Part shown: in pieces, positions 10,301-20,020 of the stretch
Numbering within the stretch: position 1 is the first letter of the stretch
Layout of the letters: each line of letters starts with the position of its first letter
Sequence record: NC_041972.1
Length of the DNA stretch: 64,000 nt
Reading direction: 5' to 3' (one strand)
The notes under the pieces: model-generated
What the model was told of the DNA's origin: nothing
Databases searched by the model: none
The model's input: only the letters and a program-made list of their open reading frames with translations
Made by a program: the position numbers and the translations under genes

Positions 10301-11931
10301 TGCTGAATGATCAACACATTCGTGAGACCTCATTCCGTGAGCAACGTGTGCGTGGTGCCGAGCGTATCTCGGGTGCTATCTATCTGGAACTCGTGCGTTC
10401 AATGCGTATCCAGAAAGCGCGTGCTACGTCATCGAAGGTGGGCTTGGAATTACACCCGGATGCAGTCTGGTTTGATTTGATGCAGGATACCTCCGCGATT
10501 CCGGTCGAAGAGTGTAACCCGATTCACAACATCAAAGACATGGAAGTGATCACGTATGGCGGAAGCGGTGGACGTACCTCACGTTCCATGACCAAGCCGA
10601 CACGTGAATACATCAAAGACAACATGGGGATGATCTCTGAAGCTTCGGTCGATAACGCCGATGTAGGGTATACCGCGTACATGTCGATGGATCCGTTGAT
10701 GACCGACCTGCGAGGGAACACCCAAGCAGCGACCGATGACACCAGTCCGACGCATATCGTGTCAACCTCTGCATTGTTAGCGCCTGCAGCTGACCGTGAT
10801 TCACCGAACCGTACCAACTTCATTTCGATTCAGCACTCCCAGGCAATGTATGCGGACGGGTATCAAACCACCCCGTATCGTACTGGCGCTGAGCGTATGA
10901 TTGCACACCGTGCCTCTAAGCTGTTTGCCTATGCAGCGGAAGAAGATGGCGTGATTACCGAGATCTCTGCGAAGCACTTAATGGCGCAGTACAAAGATCG
11001 TCGGGTTGGGGTCGAGCTCGGGATTCGTTACGGGAATGCTTCTGGTACCACGTATGTGCATCCGATCATCACCGACATGGCGGTAGGGCAGGCATTTAAG
11101 AAAGGTGACATTCTGTGTTGGAACCGAAATTACTTCGAACGTGATTTCATGGAACCGATGCAGTGCTCTTGGAAGGCAGGGGCGATGGTGCGGGTTGCAT
11201 TAATGGAAGAAGAGTTTACCTTTGAAGACTCCTCGGTCATTTCGCAAACCACTGCCAAACGTCTTGGAACCCGGACGGCGAAGCCAATTGCTATTACAGT
11301 TGACTTCACTCAAGAGGTGCGTAACTTACTCCCGGTCGGCACGCAAGTAGACCCGGAAACTATTTTATGTACCCTGGAAGATCCAGTCACGGCGAACCTT
11401 GGGCAGTTTGATGACGAGTCATTCGACAGTTTACGAATCCTTGCCAACAAAAACCCGAAAGCCAAAGTTACCGGTGAGATCGCAAGGATCGAAGTAACGT
11501 ATCGCGGCAGTGTCGATGACATGTCCGAATCGTTAGGGTTGATCGCGAACCGCTCTGACCGTGAACGCACTAAACTCAATCGTCAGCTGGGTAACAATGA
11601 AGCGAACACCGGTGAGTCATTGACACCGATTCGTGTTCAAGGGACCCCACTGGAAGCCAACCAGGCGATCATCGAAGTTTACGTCATTACCCCAATGCCG
11701 ACACTGTCAGGCGATAAAGGGGTGTTTGCTAACCAGATGAAATCCACCTTCGGGTCGATCATGCCAGATGGTATCACGACCGCCTCCGGCAAACGCCTGG
11801 ATGCGAAGTTTAGTAACAAGAGTATTGCCAACCGTATGGTAACCTCTCCTTACGTGATGGGCACCACCAACGTCCTTCTTGACACCATTACCCGTAAAGC
11901 CTGTGCGATGTACAAACGTCTCAAAGGTTAA
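7348..11931 (+). CDS. Virion RNA polymerase beta subunit (phiKZ gp178-like), 1527 aa
   Basis: beta-like motifs (ITYGGSGG, RTNFISIQHSQ, FTFEDS, GDKGVFANQMKST); position next to the beta' fragment. Confidence 0.92.
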   Translation: MILYNAFFRRTVVRKKEQIFGPRFLQLSQFELPRGSLLHYIPTDLTEQGIENNDLLINRYSDDIYIDHVPQIQTPLGNPQRKPISLMPAIKRYHNTHRRFKLVRNINSVIRNKLYMIVENYAIAQHQLVYRPAMYSNYYRWYNMQYTVMHNMTRLQGESDRNQFVYLPIPASLPQLAQLKIYEERLSAGLDKVSNGTGLENFDDLSAEARIGYAMEAMLEYQDTADLSQPMARDQAMAFQTLVMNATNDTVNLAQRIPGYYNGDAGSVLRVGMEALGAYASKVMNFTPQLSMAVMNRLRTPADYWFIHFWMWLGNQREASLFSMLDHDKLDKIHLVLGNVGAYSVIRLDILDQWRTEILSKTSNPETAVQNFRKHILKFLTRLFDVKNGNELVIEHLDDGADAHEVGEEGQEIAPEQGSVVPPTADTGLFGTELPTLDDPAPVVASSTKKGTSKGKDIGSALNDEEPIDAVDLYETRTLADDIDDDEFNHDTESRRGEAAAYTDTSTNPEDGVLLYLERLSDAGVLTVAEYKRFQQLAVAYKNIPNPVGEGTLADLMIIDPSKVTDLGGLDAPDSISIIDKGLLKSSTKDFDKNYIKNLMEADILNAVLSIQNSGVAIIDYQREEKKDARNSYVVYSVQVQPVGGKVTTLRFRVPKLNEDGTSVVNGVKSRLRKQRVDIPIRKVSASKVSLTSYYGKLFMERSELSVHNYSEWLSRRIKALAIADTPEITRLVLGRSFDPKVRVPHLYAILASQFKGFQYLDYTFNFNRREMVAVFGEEVIEKYAENRFVVCGMIEDSPLLMDDNGTLYQANNDVLSNLGDFETLIGLDVSKAPIETVVLGVFRQKVPIGVILAYYYGLGAMIEQFNLQVRTANRGERYQLTKDERAILFNDEVLIFNRTDRLGAMLLNGFNSYAKEVSRFSRYDFDRKSVYLNVLSSAGMGVRWLREFDLMREMYIDPITREELLKMNAPVKFDLLLVHGTKMLLNDQHIRETSFREQRVRGAERISGAIYLELVRSMRIQKARATSSKVGLELHPDAVWFDLMQDTSAIPVEECNPIHNIKDMEVITYGGSGGRTSRSMTKPTREYIKDNMGMISEASVDNADVGYTAYMSMDPLMTDLRGNTQAATDDTSPTHIVSTSALLAPAADRDSPNRTNFISIQHSQAMYADGYQTTPYRTGAERMIAHRASKLFAYAAEEDGVITEISAKHLMAQYKDRRVGVELGIRYGNASGTTYVHPIITDMAVGQAFKKGDILCWNRNYFERDFMEPMQCSWKAGAMVRVALMEEEFTFEDSSVISQTTAKRLGTRTAKPIAITVDFTQEVRNLLPVGTQVDPETILCTLEDPVTANLGQFDDESFDSLRILANKNPKAKVTGEIARIEVTYRGSVDDMSESLGLIANRSDRERTKLNRQLGNNEANTGESLTPIRVQGTPLEANQAIIEVYVITPMPTLSGDKGVFANQMKSTFGSIMPDGITTASGKRLDAKFSNKSIANRMVTSPYVMGTTNVLLDTITRKACAMYKRLKG

Positions 11932-11952
11932 CGGCGCAACTGCAAGGTGATA

Positions 11953-12669
11953 ATGATGAACAAAGACATTTTAGAAGTCCAGCAGATGTTAATCGGCGGT
12001 GGCTTCAATGTCGGGAAAGCAGGTGCAGACGGTCTCTATGGCCCGAGTACTCGTGAAGCCCTTCGTCAGTGTATTGCCAAAGCAACCACCGGTGGGGCCG
12101 CAAGCCCCACCACTCCTATCGTTAGCACTGGCGATAGTTATGACCTGGCCTGGAGTGCAAAAGTCACTCCAGAGTTTTGTCGTAAGGTTGAGCACATGGC
12201 ACAAGCACTGCTACTGCCCGCTGATGGCGCCAACAACTTCATGGCCTGCATGGCTTTTGAAACCGGCGAAACCTTCAGCCCCAGTATTCAAAACGGCGCC
12301 GGTGCACCTTACTATGGTTTGATTCAGTTTGGTGCCGATGCAGCTATCGATTTGAAAACCACCACTGATGCACTGCGTAAGATGTCGGCGTTTGATCAGC
12401 TGGATTACGTGTACGAGTTCTTCCGTCCGTATGCTGGCAAACTCAAAACGCTGAGCGACATCTATATGCGTATTCTTTGGCCACGTGCCGTTGGGCAGCC
12501 AGAGTCGTATGAGCTGTGGAACAAAGTCAGTCGCCCTACCACCTATCTTCAAAACCGCGGTTTGGACATCGACAAAAATGGTTCGATAACCAAAGCCGAG
12601 GCTGCGCAGATGGTGACGGCAAAATTAACGCGTGGCATGCAACCACAATTCCGTCGCAAGTTAACATAA
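11953..12669 (+). CDS. Modular endolysin: N-terminal peptidoglycan-binding domain plus lysozyme/transglycosylase-like domain
   Basis: N-terminal EVQQML...ADGLYGPSTREAL (PG-binding signature). Catalytic part FMACMAFETGETF...YYGLIQFG...DQLDYV. Start may be 11956. Confidence 0.85.
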   Translation: MMNKDILEVQQMLIGGGFNVGKAGADGLYGPSTREALRQCIAKATTGGAASPTTPIVSTGDSYDLAWSAKVTPEFCRKVEHMAQALLLPADGANNFMACMAFETGETFSPSIQNGAGAPYYGLIQFGADAAIDLKTTTDALRKMSAFDQLDYVYEFFRPYAGKLKTLSDIYMRILWPRAVGQPESYELWNKVSRPTTYLQNRGLDIDKNGSITKAEAAQMVTAKLTRGMQPQFRRKLT

Positions 12670-12693
12670 GTTTTTATCAGTAAGGAGAGGTGT

Positions 12694-12894
12694 ATGTCAC
12701 AGGTTAGCCTGTATGATAACGCAAACGTCGTCGCGAACATCATCAGTGTCACTGCTGCAGTGCATGAAGCTGTCGCCGGCAATGAGATCGCTGCATTGAG
12801 TTCGCCAAAAGACCCGGGTGCGTTAAGCTACCTGATCGCTGCGAAGCTGCAAGCGCGCATGGCTTCAATGATTGCCAACGGAGCCAATAAATGA
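12694..12894 (+). CDS. Small hypothetical protein, 66 aa
   Basis: Strong AAGGAGAGG SD; ATGA overlap with the next gene. Confidence 0.75.
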   Translation: MSQVSLYDNANVVANIISVTAAVHEAVAGNEIAALSSPKDPGALSYLIAAKLQARMASMIANGANK

Positions 12895-14429
12895 TCAGAA
12901 AAAATGAAGCTGCTGCCGGTGTAGAACTGGCACAGTTACTCACCCGTTCTGGTGTGAGTTTAGTTGCCCAGGACAACCTGCCACTGGGCGCCCTGCGTCT
13001 GGCCACGGAAGTGGTTACACCTGTTAGCGATGATGATGTCGAAGCCACACTGGTAAATCGCACGAAAGCGGTGATGCTGGGCGGGGTAGAAGAAGATGGG
13101 TCACCGCGCATGATTCCGTCTGAACACGGTTATGCCAAAAGTCGTCTGGTTGATGCGATGGCTGCCGGTGTGAAAGCGGTGATCAGTGCGGCTCGTACTA
13201 CGGTCATTCCGTTGATCCGCAGTTCACACGATGCGGTGGACAAATATGTCGCTGAGAAAACTGACCCGCTGGCGATGATGCCGGACCTGGCAGTTTACAA
13301 CTACGACGCGGTGTGGGATTCGCAGATCGTCGATGGTGTGGTTACGCACTACGCACAGGTAGCGCTGGTTGGCATGCCGATCGTTAGCCTGCCCGATCTG
13401 AGCGATGAGCAATTGGCTGAGCTGGTCTCTTCTGGTTCATCTGAGCTGCGTGACTTTGTTCAGCGTCTGACTGCGTCTAAGCCGGATCTGGTACGGGCGA
13501 TCTATCAGGTGTGGTTCCAGGGTGCAGCGGTGTCTGATTCGGATGACTTCAGTTATCTGAGCCGCTCACTGACGGTGACTGCGGATGCACGTGCGTTGGC
13601 GATTACCGGTAATGATCCACTGGATGTGCGTCGTTCGTACGAACCTATCGTGCTGGCGTATCTGATGGCTGACAACCTGTACAACAACCCGGTTGCGGGT
13701 TCAGGTCTGGGTGCTGATCGCTATGCCATGGTGACGTCTGCCTTCCGGGCGCACTTTGCCAAATGCATGGAGCGGATCTATCGCGTGCGTTCCGGTAACC
13801 TTGATCGTAAGATCCTGGTGATTAGCATGCCGGTGGTTGACTCTTGGCGTTCTTATGCGCTGACCGGTGAACGTCTGCTGATCAATGGCGATGTGTATAA
13901 ATGGTACCTCGAAGCCGGTGGGTCGGTGGAAGCGCTGGTTGGGAACTGCTATACGGAGCGTTCTATTAATGCCCGTACTATCCTCGATGCCAAAGACCGT
14001 CTCGAAGCGGAGTTTGCGCGTATTGGTAGCATGGCCAAATCCATTGCGGTCACTAACCTGCACACGCTGACCATCCAGGGTATTTTGAACGTGGTGGAAA
14101 ACCATGTGGTCAACGAGATCGATATCGAAGCGTGGGATAAGATGTACAGTAAGTACAACTACACCACGACCAAGAACGATGCGATCACGGATGTGCGTCA
14201 TTACTTATCTTCTATTCAGAACGTTTCGACGTATGAAGCAGTGGATAACGTCCTGACCTATATCTTCGCCTCGATGATCTACGGTCCGCTGGAAACTGCA
14301 CCGTTCATGCTGGCCATGGCAACGTACCCTGATCAGACGCTGTCGCCACGTGAGATTGCGGCCCATGTTGAAATTGACATGGTGCTCGACAACCTGCTGA
14401 ACATGACGTACTACCGCGGCCTGCGTTGA
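12891..14429 (+). CDS. Putative virion (head) protein, 512 aa
   Basis: Long ORF with phage-like codon use in the vRNAP-protease structural block; function inferred from synteny only. Confidence 0.6.
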   Translation: MIRKNEAAAGVELAQLLTRSGVSLVAQDNLPLGALRLATEVVTPVSDDDVEATLVNRTKAVMLGGVEEDGSPRMIPSEHGYAKSRLVDAMAAGVKAVISAARTTVIPLIRSSHDAVDKYVAEKTDPLAMMPDLAVYNYDAVWDSQIVDGVVTHYAQVALVGMPIVSLPDLSDEQLAELVSSGSSELRDFVQRLTASKPDLVRAIYQVWFQGAAVSDSDDFSYLSRSLTVTADARALAITGNDPLDVRRSYEPIVLAYLMADNLYNNPVAGSGLGADRYAMVTSAFRAHFAKCMERIYRVRSGNLDRKILVISMPVVDSWRSYALTGERLLINGDVYKWYLEAGGSVEALVGNCYTERSINARTILDAKDRLEAEFARIGSMAKSIAVTNLHTLTIQGILNVVENHVVNEIDIEAWDKMYSKYNYTTTKNDAITDVRHYLSSIQNVSTYEAVDNVLTYIFASMIYGPLETAPFMLAMATYPDQTLSPREIAAHVEIDMVLDNLLNMTYYRGLR

Positions 14430-14449
14430 TCTAACAACTGGAAGAAAAC

Positions 14450-15175
14450 ATGGACCTGTCTAAATTAACACGCAATAAAGACAAGGTCCGTGCCAACCTT
14501 GTAAAGCTTGACGACAACTCAGTAGTTGCAAAAGGGGGATGTAAGATTTACATCCCTGGTCGTTATGTCAACAAAGGGCTGGCAGGGATCGGCGACACGA
14601 TCTGGACGGTGGGGATCTTTACCATCGTGACTGACTCGGGCTTTTATTGTACTGCGCTGGGACCAGCAACCATTACACTGGACCCGACTGATATTCGTCA
14701 AGTGAAAGTAGATGGTAATCCGTACTACGAGTTCTCTTTTGAACCCGGAGCGACGGTGATCCAATCTACCATCGTTGGTAAAAACGATCGTCTGATCGGT
14801 CCGTTGTTTAATGAGTTCCTGATTAACGGGAATGTGCCTTACGGGTTTAATCTGCTGGACCTGATCAAGTTGTTCAAGTTATCACAAAAGTACTGTGGGT
14901 TTACCATGGGTACGAACAACCAGATCTTCGAAGCGATCGTGAACATCGTGGCACGTGATAGCAAAGACCTGAACAAGCTGTATCGCTATACGGTGAACTC
15001 GCTGGATGAGATCTACACCAATCCGCCAACCATTATTGGGCTGCGCAATGCGGCGAAGACCTCAACCAATACCGTGGCGAAACTGGTGGGGAGTTATTTT
15101 GCTGACGGTCTGGTCTCTGCCTTGATCAACCCGTCTGATCGTGTTGAAGGCGTAGAAGAGATTCTGAGGAAATAA
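14450..15175 (+). CDS. Virion RNA polymerase beta' C-terminal subunit (phiKZ gp176-like)
   Basis: C-terminal IIGLRNAAKTSTNTVAKLVGSYFADGLVSALINPSDRVEGVEE resembles the beta' region-H pattern (GITKASL...SF...L..AA...D.L.G); synteny upstream of the protease. Confidence 0.7.
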   Translation: MDLSKLTRNKDKVRANLVKLDDNSVVAKGGCKIYIPGRYVNKGLAGIGDTIWTVGIFTIVTDSGFYCTALGPATITLDPTDIRQVKVDGNPYYEFSFEPGATVIQSTIVGKNDRLIGPLFNEFLINGNVPYGFNLLDLIKLFKLSQKYCGFTMGTNNQIFEAIVNIVARDSKDLNKLYRYTVNSLDEIYTNPPTIIGLRNAAKTSTNTVAKLVGSYFADGLVSALINPSDRVEGVEEILRK

Positions 15176-15177
15176 CT

Positions 15178-15879
15178 GTGGACAACACTACGGCGATTAG
15201 CATCAATAACTTTTTGGACTTGTTCCCGAACACCATCCGCAACAATGTGGAGATCTTACAAGCCCCGGAAGGCGGTGAGGTGGTTTTCCATATTAGCACT
15301 AACCCGAAGATCAAGTTGTTTGAACCTCGGGTCTCTCGCCGTACCATGAATAAAGAAGACCGTAGTGTTCCTCGTATTTCTGCTGCTGCCACGTTAAATG
15401 GCTGCCTGTCTGGATACGCTGCGGCGATCTATGATTGGGAAGGGGTGTCTGCAGGGTGGGTCGGTGGCTGGAAGATTTACGCACTGACGTATGACATTGC
15501 ACTAAAACCAAATAAAAAGATTCTGGCGGATGCAGAGAGCACAGAAGAGATTTGGCTTGTCGGCTACGATAAAGAACACCGGGCTTATCCCGCTGTCCCG
15601 ATGGGTGAGGTCTTTTTTGTTTCGGTTGCTCGTCAAACTACCGGTGATAAGAACCGACCGCGCAAGACGGCAGTCGTGGCTTATCTGCGGGTTGGTGAAG
15701 GTTACACTTTGCCGTTGAACAAAACTACGTTATTACGCTCGGGCTTTTACCAGATCACGTATAACGATTATTACCAGGCGATGGATGTACGTAATCCTCA
15801 GGACATAATCGTTAAGCCGATCTCAGCTGCCGTTTACGGTGAGTATAAAAAACTCGATGCCGGGCTACTGAGCTTCTAA
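15178..15879 (+). CDS. Hypothetical protein, possible ADP-ribosyltransferase-like fold
   Basis: 233 aa ORF. Motifs FHIS...FEPR, PRISAAATL and STEEIW resemble ART-fold strand motifs (inference). Confidence 0.5.
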   Translation: MDNTTAISINNFLDLFPNTIRNNVEILQAPEGGEVVFHISTNPKIKLFEPRVSRRTMNKEDRSVPRISAAATLNGCLSGYAAAIYDWEGVSAGWVGGWKIYALTYDIALKPNKKILADAESTEEIWLVGYDKEHRAYPAVPMGEVFFVSVARQTTGDKNRPRKTAVVAYLRVGEGYTLPLNKTTLLRSGFYQITYNDYYQAMDVRNPQDIIVKPISAAVYGEYKKLDAGLLSF

Positions 15880-15900
15880 TCTTTACTTCTCGGTGAAATC

Positions 15901-16689
15901 ATGCCAGCGAATATTTCTTTTACTTGCCAGACCCTGCGTGGCACAAATAAAGCAGGCCTGTTGAAGCCGGATGAGAATGGGTATTACACTGTTCTTCTGG
16001 GTGGGTTCAACTTACGTAACGAGATGGGGAACTTCTATCCATTCAACAAATACCTGGAAGAGATCTTTAAAGCCAGCTCGACCTTTATGCGTCGTGTTGA
16101 GCGCGGTCACCTGCGCGGTGAGATGGATCACCCCCAACCGTGGAAGGGAATGACGGAGCGGGAATGGTTCAGTCGTCTGCGTAAGATCGACATGGGGAAT
16201 GTTTCACACCACATCCGTCGCGTGACCCTGGACTTCCAGAACTACCGGAGTCAGCATGGCGAAACGATGGTGGCGGTGCTGGGTGAAGTCAAACCAGGTG
16301 GCGGCCCAATCGGTGATCGTTTAAAAGCCTCGCTCGATAACCCGGATGAAGACACCTGCTTCTCCATCCGTACCCTGACCCTGGACCAACCAATGGTGAC
16401 GGGCGCCTGGCGTAAGGATGTCTATGAACTGGTCACCTGGGACTGGGTGCCTGAGCCGGGTGTGCGTAATGCCACCAAGTATCACTCCCCGGGTCTGGAG
16501 TCATTCCAGGAATACCCAATCAGTGCACAGACGGTTCAGGATGTTCTGGCGACCGGTAATAATGGTGCAATGGGTTACGGGCTGGAATCCGGCGGTAGCG
16601 ACATGGCAGGCCTGAACAACCTGATGAAAGACTATGCAGCCGCACCGGGTCAGAAAATCCTGACACGTAAAGCGCATCTGCGTTGGTAA
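15901..16689 (+). CDS. Prohead (head maturation) serine protease, phiKZ gp175-like
   Basis: GEMDHP (His), FSIR (Ser) and TWDWVPEPG motifs; C-terminal tail with two GLE-S putative autocleavage sites. Confidence 0.9.
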   Translation: MPANISFTCQTLRGTNKAGLLKPDENGYYTVLLGGFNLRNEMGNFYPFNKYLEEIFKASSTFMRRVERGHLRGEMDHPQPWKGMTEREWFSRLRKIDMGNVSHHIRRVTLDFQNYRSQHGETMVAVLGEVKPGGGPIGDRLKASLDNPDEDTCFSIRTLTLDQPMVTGAWRKDVYELVTWDWVPEPGVRNATKYHSPGLESFQEYPISAQTVQDVLATGNNGAMGYGLESGGSDMAGLNNLMKDYAAAPGQKILTRKAHLRW

Positions 16690-16693
16690 TCTG

Positions 16694-16723
16694 AAGAGGG
16701 GGCTTCGGCCTCCTCTTATGCCG
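16694..16723 (+). terminator. Hairpin with UUCG loop followed by ATGCCG
   Basis: AAGAGGGGGC-TTCG-GCCTCCTCTT directly after the protease stop. Confidence 0.75.
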
Positions 16724-16786
16724 TCTGTAAAATTTAACGGGGACTGCCCTTAGTATGTACAAAAACCCAACAGGTAGGAAACCGTC

Positions 16787-17290
16787 ATGATTGACCTTCC
16801 CCACGTGCTGGCAAAGTCGATCTTTGCTATGCATGATCTGGCGCGCTTCGTTGAACGCTATCAGAGAGCCCACAGCGCCATTGTAACGACGTATAGCAAT
16901 GCAACCATGGCTTTGGATGTCTCTGAGAAGAAAAGCCGTGACAACGTGTTAGCGGCGCTTTTAAAGGATATCAACATTATCCTTATTGGCAACCCCGATA
17001 CACAACCTTGGCCGTTGGTCGATATGAACCCGTATCACATCGGTCTGGCGTTCCGTCATGAGATGTTGAACCTCATGATGCAGGATGACATCGGCATGGA
17101 GCAGCTTAACCTGTTCATTAACAAAGTGTACTTCCCTGCGTTGGTGTTAAAAGACCTGCAGACCATTTTGTTAACGCAAGGTAAATGCCCGCTGTATGAC
17201 AAAGCGGTGGTGGATGCGATGGCGGGCTTAGCGCACCAAGCGGCGTGCTTGCGAACCAACAACGCCTTAGAGGTACCGAAAGATGCCTGA
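16787..17290 (+). CDS. Hypothetical protein, 167 aa
   Basis: ORF with AGGA SD. Confidence 0.75.
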   Translation: MIDLPHVLAKSIFAMHDLARFVERYQRAHSAIVTTYSNATMALDVSEKKSRDNVLAALLKDINIILIGNPDTQPWPLVDMNPYHIGLAFRHEMLNLMMQDDIGMEQLNLFINKVYFPALVLKDLQTILLTQGKCPLYDKAVVDAMAGLAHQAACLRTNNALEVPKDA

Positions 17291-17456
17291 GCAGGATTTA
17301 GCTTTACTGGTGAAAATGATCGCTGCAGGATACCAGAGACAGATTGAGGCGGAACGCTTCAATGGCATGAGTCCAAAAACCCTGCACTTAAAAGCACTGC
17401 GTCAAGCTGCGGATGAGATGATCAACCCCGGGGTGATGGATTCAAAAAAATCATAG
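17283..17456 (+). CDS. Small hypothetical protein, 57 aa (below track cutoff)
   Basis: Hand-translated MPEQDLALLVKMIAAGYQRQIEAERF...; GAGGT SD; overlaps the end of the upstream gene. Confidence 0.6.
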   Translation: MPEQDLALLVKMIAAGYQRQIEAERFNGMSPKTLHLKALRQAADEMINPGVMDSKKS

Positions 17457-17458
17457 CC

Positions 17459-17467
17459 CTATATTAC
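17459..17467 (+). promoter_or_regulatory. Early-promoter-like motif CTATATTAC
   Basis: Matches the TATATTAC early promoter core known from phiKZ. Its context is nearly identical to the copy at 59200 (TTCAAAAAAAT.A.A...CTATATTAC..ATGTG). Confidence 0.7.
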
Positions 17468-17542
17468 CCATGTGCTTTATACACTAAGTGTAAACACTAT
17501 CGATAGCCATACACAAATTAACCCGTAAAAGGAAACTGTCAC

Positions 17543-17989
17543 ATGAGCAAGACCACTACTGAAGTCAACGCAGCTACCCGTACTCTGGCCGACTCACTGA
17601 AAGCAGCAATGACCGGCGGCGAGAAAGGTAACTATGCAACGACTGAAACCTGGTATGCAGAAAACCTGCCAGAAGGTCTGACCATCGAACAGCGTCAGAA
17701 ATTCCAGGAGCATGACACCACTGTGCTGGCAGCCGCCGCATTGGCACTCGGTGAAGTGAGCGTTCCTGCAATGAAAGAAAACGGTGACATCACCGAAGCG
17801 ACTGTTGCAGTTAATGTCGGTCATGACCGTATCACCGCATCGGTGCTGCGCGATTACACCAACGGCAAAGAACAGTATCACGGTCACGTGATTGCGGCGT
17901 ATGAAGTTAACAGCGCCGGCGCGAACAGTGGCCAGCTGGGTATTGCACTGAGCACCGTGCGTTCTCTGGCCGACGAACTGCTGGGTTAA
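17543..17989 (+). CDS. Hypothetical protein, 148 aa
   Basis: AAGGA SD; strongly biased codons; downstream of a promoter motif. Confidence 0.85.
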   Translation: MSKTTTEVNAATRTLADSLKAAMTGGEKGNYATTETWYAENLPEGLTIEQRQKFQEHDTTVLAAAALALGEVSVPAMKENGDITEATVAVNVGHDRITASVLRDYTNGKEQYHGHVIAAYEVNSAGANSGQLGIALSTVRSLADELLG

Positions 17990-18241
17990 TCACTAACCCA
18001 AACTGTAACCATGGGAAGCCTAGACACCTTCCCATGTTAAACATCCCTGGCTGCAATACTGCAGTCATTCACTTATAAGTGCGAAGTCAACTTAAGCACC
18101 CATAAGCGAACCGAAGCATTCGAAAAATAGACAAAGTAATCAAAGGTATGGTCCGGAAACCGTGCCTTTCTTTACTGTGTTTAATCCCAAATACAGTACG
18201 CCCTGCATTCAGAAAGAATGCCAAATGAAAAGGACAGTACC

Positions 18242-19426
18242 ATGAAAATTGAATACACCATCGACCCAATCGTTTCGCCAATTAACGAACAACGCATCCT
18301 GGCGAATCGTTTCACTATCGACACCCCCGATCTCAGCATCACCGGATTCATCTCATCACTCGATGTGCTGATCAAACCGATCGGTCCTGATGCGCGCCCG
18401 CATGACACCTACGACCGTCATCTTGCCTACGAGATTTCTGTTGTAATGAAAGATCTTGAGAAACGCTATCCGGCACGTCCAGATGGTTCATTTCGCTTGA
18501 ACGTAAGTGTGGGTGACTTCCCAGAGAAAGAAGCGGATGGTTATACTCGCCGCTGGTTGCCTATCATCGGCCTGGAAGCTGAATCAGAAATCGACGCAAT
18601 GCGTTTAGTTATCCGCGCACTCTTCGGTGAATTATTGCGCCCCCACGACTACTCACATACAGTGGTCAATAAAAAATACCTGCATGTCTGTGAGCAACTC
18701 ATGGATCTGGGTTTGGTAAACATCCCTAACGGCGATTATAAAAGCCCACTGGTGATGACGCGTGTTCATGATGGTGAGGTCAGTGTTGATCGTGCATGGC
18801 GTGTGGTAAATAACAAGCTGGCGTTAAAGCGCACCATACTGACACGTCAGATTGATGCTAACACTCGCCAGACCCGGATGTTTACCCCGGCTGAACATCA
18901 GTTCTTTGAACTGGATGGAAGCTTGCCGTTTAATCCAACGCAGAATCGCGGTCATGGGTTCTTTCAACCATGCCACAATTCAGGGTTGAGTCAGGACTCC
19001 TGGATGCGTCAACAAGCTGCTATGCAGATGAACGCCATGGGGTCGGTTGCTCAATACGGATTGAATGCCATGAATTATCAGCAACCGTCAATGCAACACG
19101 GAGTGCCAGCATATCACAATCGTTCGTTGGTTGAAAGTGATCTGGGTCCACGTAACGAAGATACACCGATCCGTGGTAAGGTGAAGTATATCGAAGTAGC
19201 ACCTGTTTTGATCACCGAAGATAGCGCATCAATTGTCAACGATGGTAGCCATAACGCATATGGCGTGTATCGTCGTGAAGAACTCGGTGGGGGTAACCTT
19301 GCCGTGCATATCGGTGACTTCCTGGACGGTGGGCTCGCTGTAGCGTACGCAACCAAAATGGGTAAGTTCTTCAATGTTGATGTCGAAGACTATGTTAGTC
19401 CTGCGCCTGCAGAATATAACAAGTAA
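18242..19426 (+). CDS. Hypothetical protein, about 394 aa, with a Q/M/N-rich patch
   Basis: Long ORF; AAGGA SD before ATG 18242. Confidence 0.8.
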   Translation: MKIEYTIDPIVSPINEQRILANRFTIDTPDLSITGFISSLDVLIKPIGPDARPHDTYDRHLAYEISVVMKDLEKRYPARPDGSFRLNVSVGDFPEKEADGYTRRWLPIIGLEAESEIDAMRLVIRALFGELLRPHDYSHTVVNKKYLHVCEQLMDLGLVNIPNGDYKSPLVMTRVHDGEVSVDRAWRVVNNKLALKRTILTRQIDANTRQTRMFTPAEHQFFELDGSLPFNPTQNRGHGFFQPCHNSGLSQDSWMRQQAAMQMNAMGSVAQYGLNAMNYQQPSMQHGVPAYHNRSLVESDLGPRNEDTPIRGKVKYIEVAPVLITEDSASIVNDGSHNAYGVYRREELGGGNLAVHIGDFLDGGLAVAYATKMGKFFNVDVEDYVSPAPAEYNK

Positions 19427-19451
19427 TTAGTTTCCTGATAACAATAATAAC

Positions 19452-19523
19452 GGCCCGGGGTAACACTTGGGCCGAGCTGTCTTTTTCCGCCATGGGGGGT
19501 TTCTGTTCCCCCTCTTTTTTTTT
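19452..19523 (+). terminator. Tandem hairpins with T-tracts
   Basis: GGCCCGGG-GTAACA-CTTGGGCC, then GGGGGG...CCCCCTC followed by a long T run. Confidence 0.65.
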
Positions 19524-19624
19524 ATCCTAATTCACAAAGAGGTAGCCGGCAATGACCGGTTGCCCTTTCATACCACTCTTTTTTTTATTAAGATTACACA
19601 CAGCATCCTCAATAGGTGACCATC

Positions 19625-20020
19625 ATGAATGTTTGGACTATCCAGATCGCTCGATGGAAACTGGCTAAAGAGCGTAACATTGCTTTTCTTGATACCACTG
19701 TTAAATCTGCAAAAGAGTATGCCTTTCTGGCCCCGACCTGGAAGATGGTCATGGAGCATAAACAAGGCAGTCTCTCTGATACAGGTTACACGCAACTTTA
19801 CTATGAGTTGTTACGTGCTCGCTATCGTGAGAACCGACAACCTTTTTTAAAGCTGTTTCATGACTTTGCTGACCAGGATATTGCCGTGGCGTGCTTTTGC
19901 ACTCCCGGTCATTTTTGTCACCGTCATTTGCTTGTAGATATTCTACGCGCTATAGCCGTTAGTGAACATATACCGTTTTGCTACAAAGGTGAACTTACTT
20001 TAGGAGAACACGTCACATGA
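19625..20020 (+). CDS. DUF488/YeaO-like protein
   Basis: LAPTWKMV...YTQLYYELL...VACFCTPGHFCHRHLL pattern typical of the DUF488 family. Confidence 0.7.
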   Translation: MNVWTIQIARWKLAKERNIAFLDTTVKSAKEYAFLAPTWKMVMEHKQGSLSDTGYTQLYYELLRARYRENRQPFLKLFHDFADQDIAVACFCTPGHFCHRHLLVDILRAIAVSEHIPFCYKGELTLGEHVT

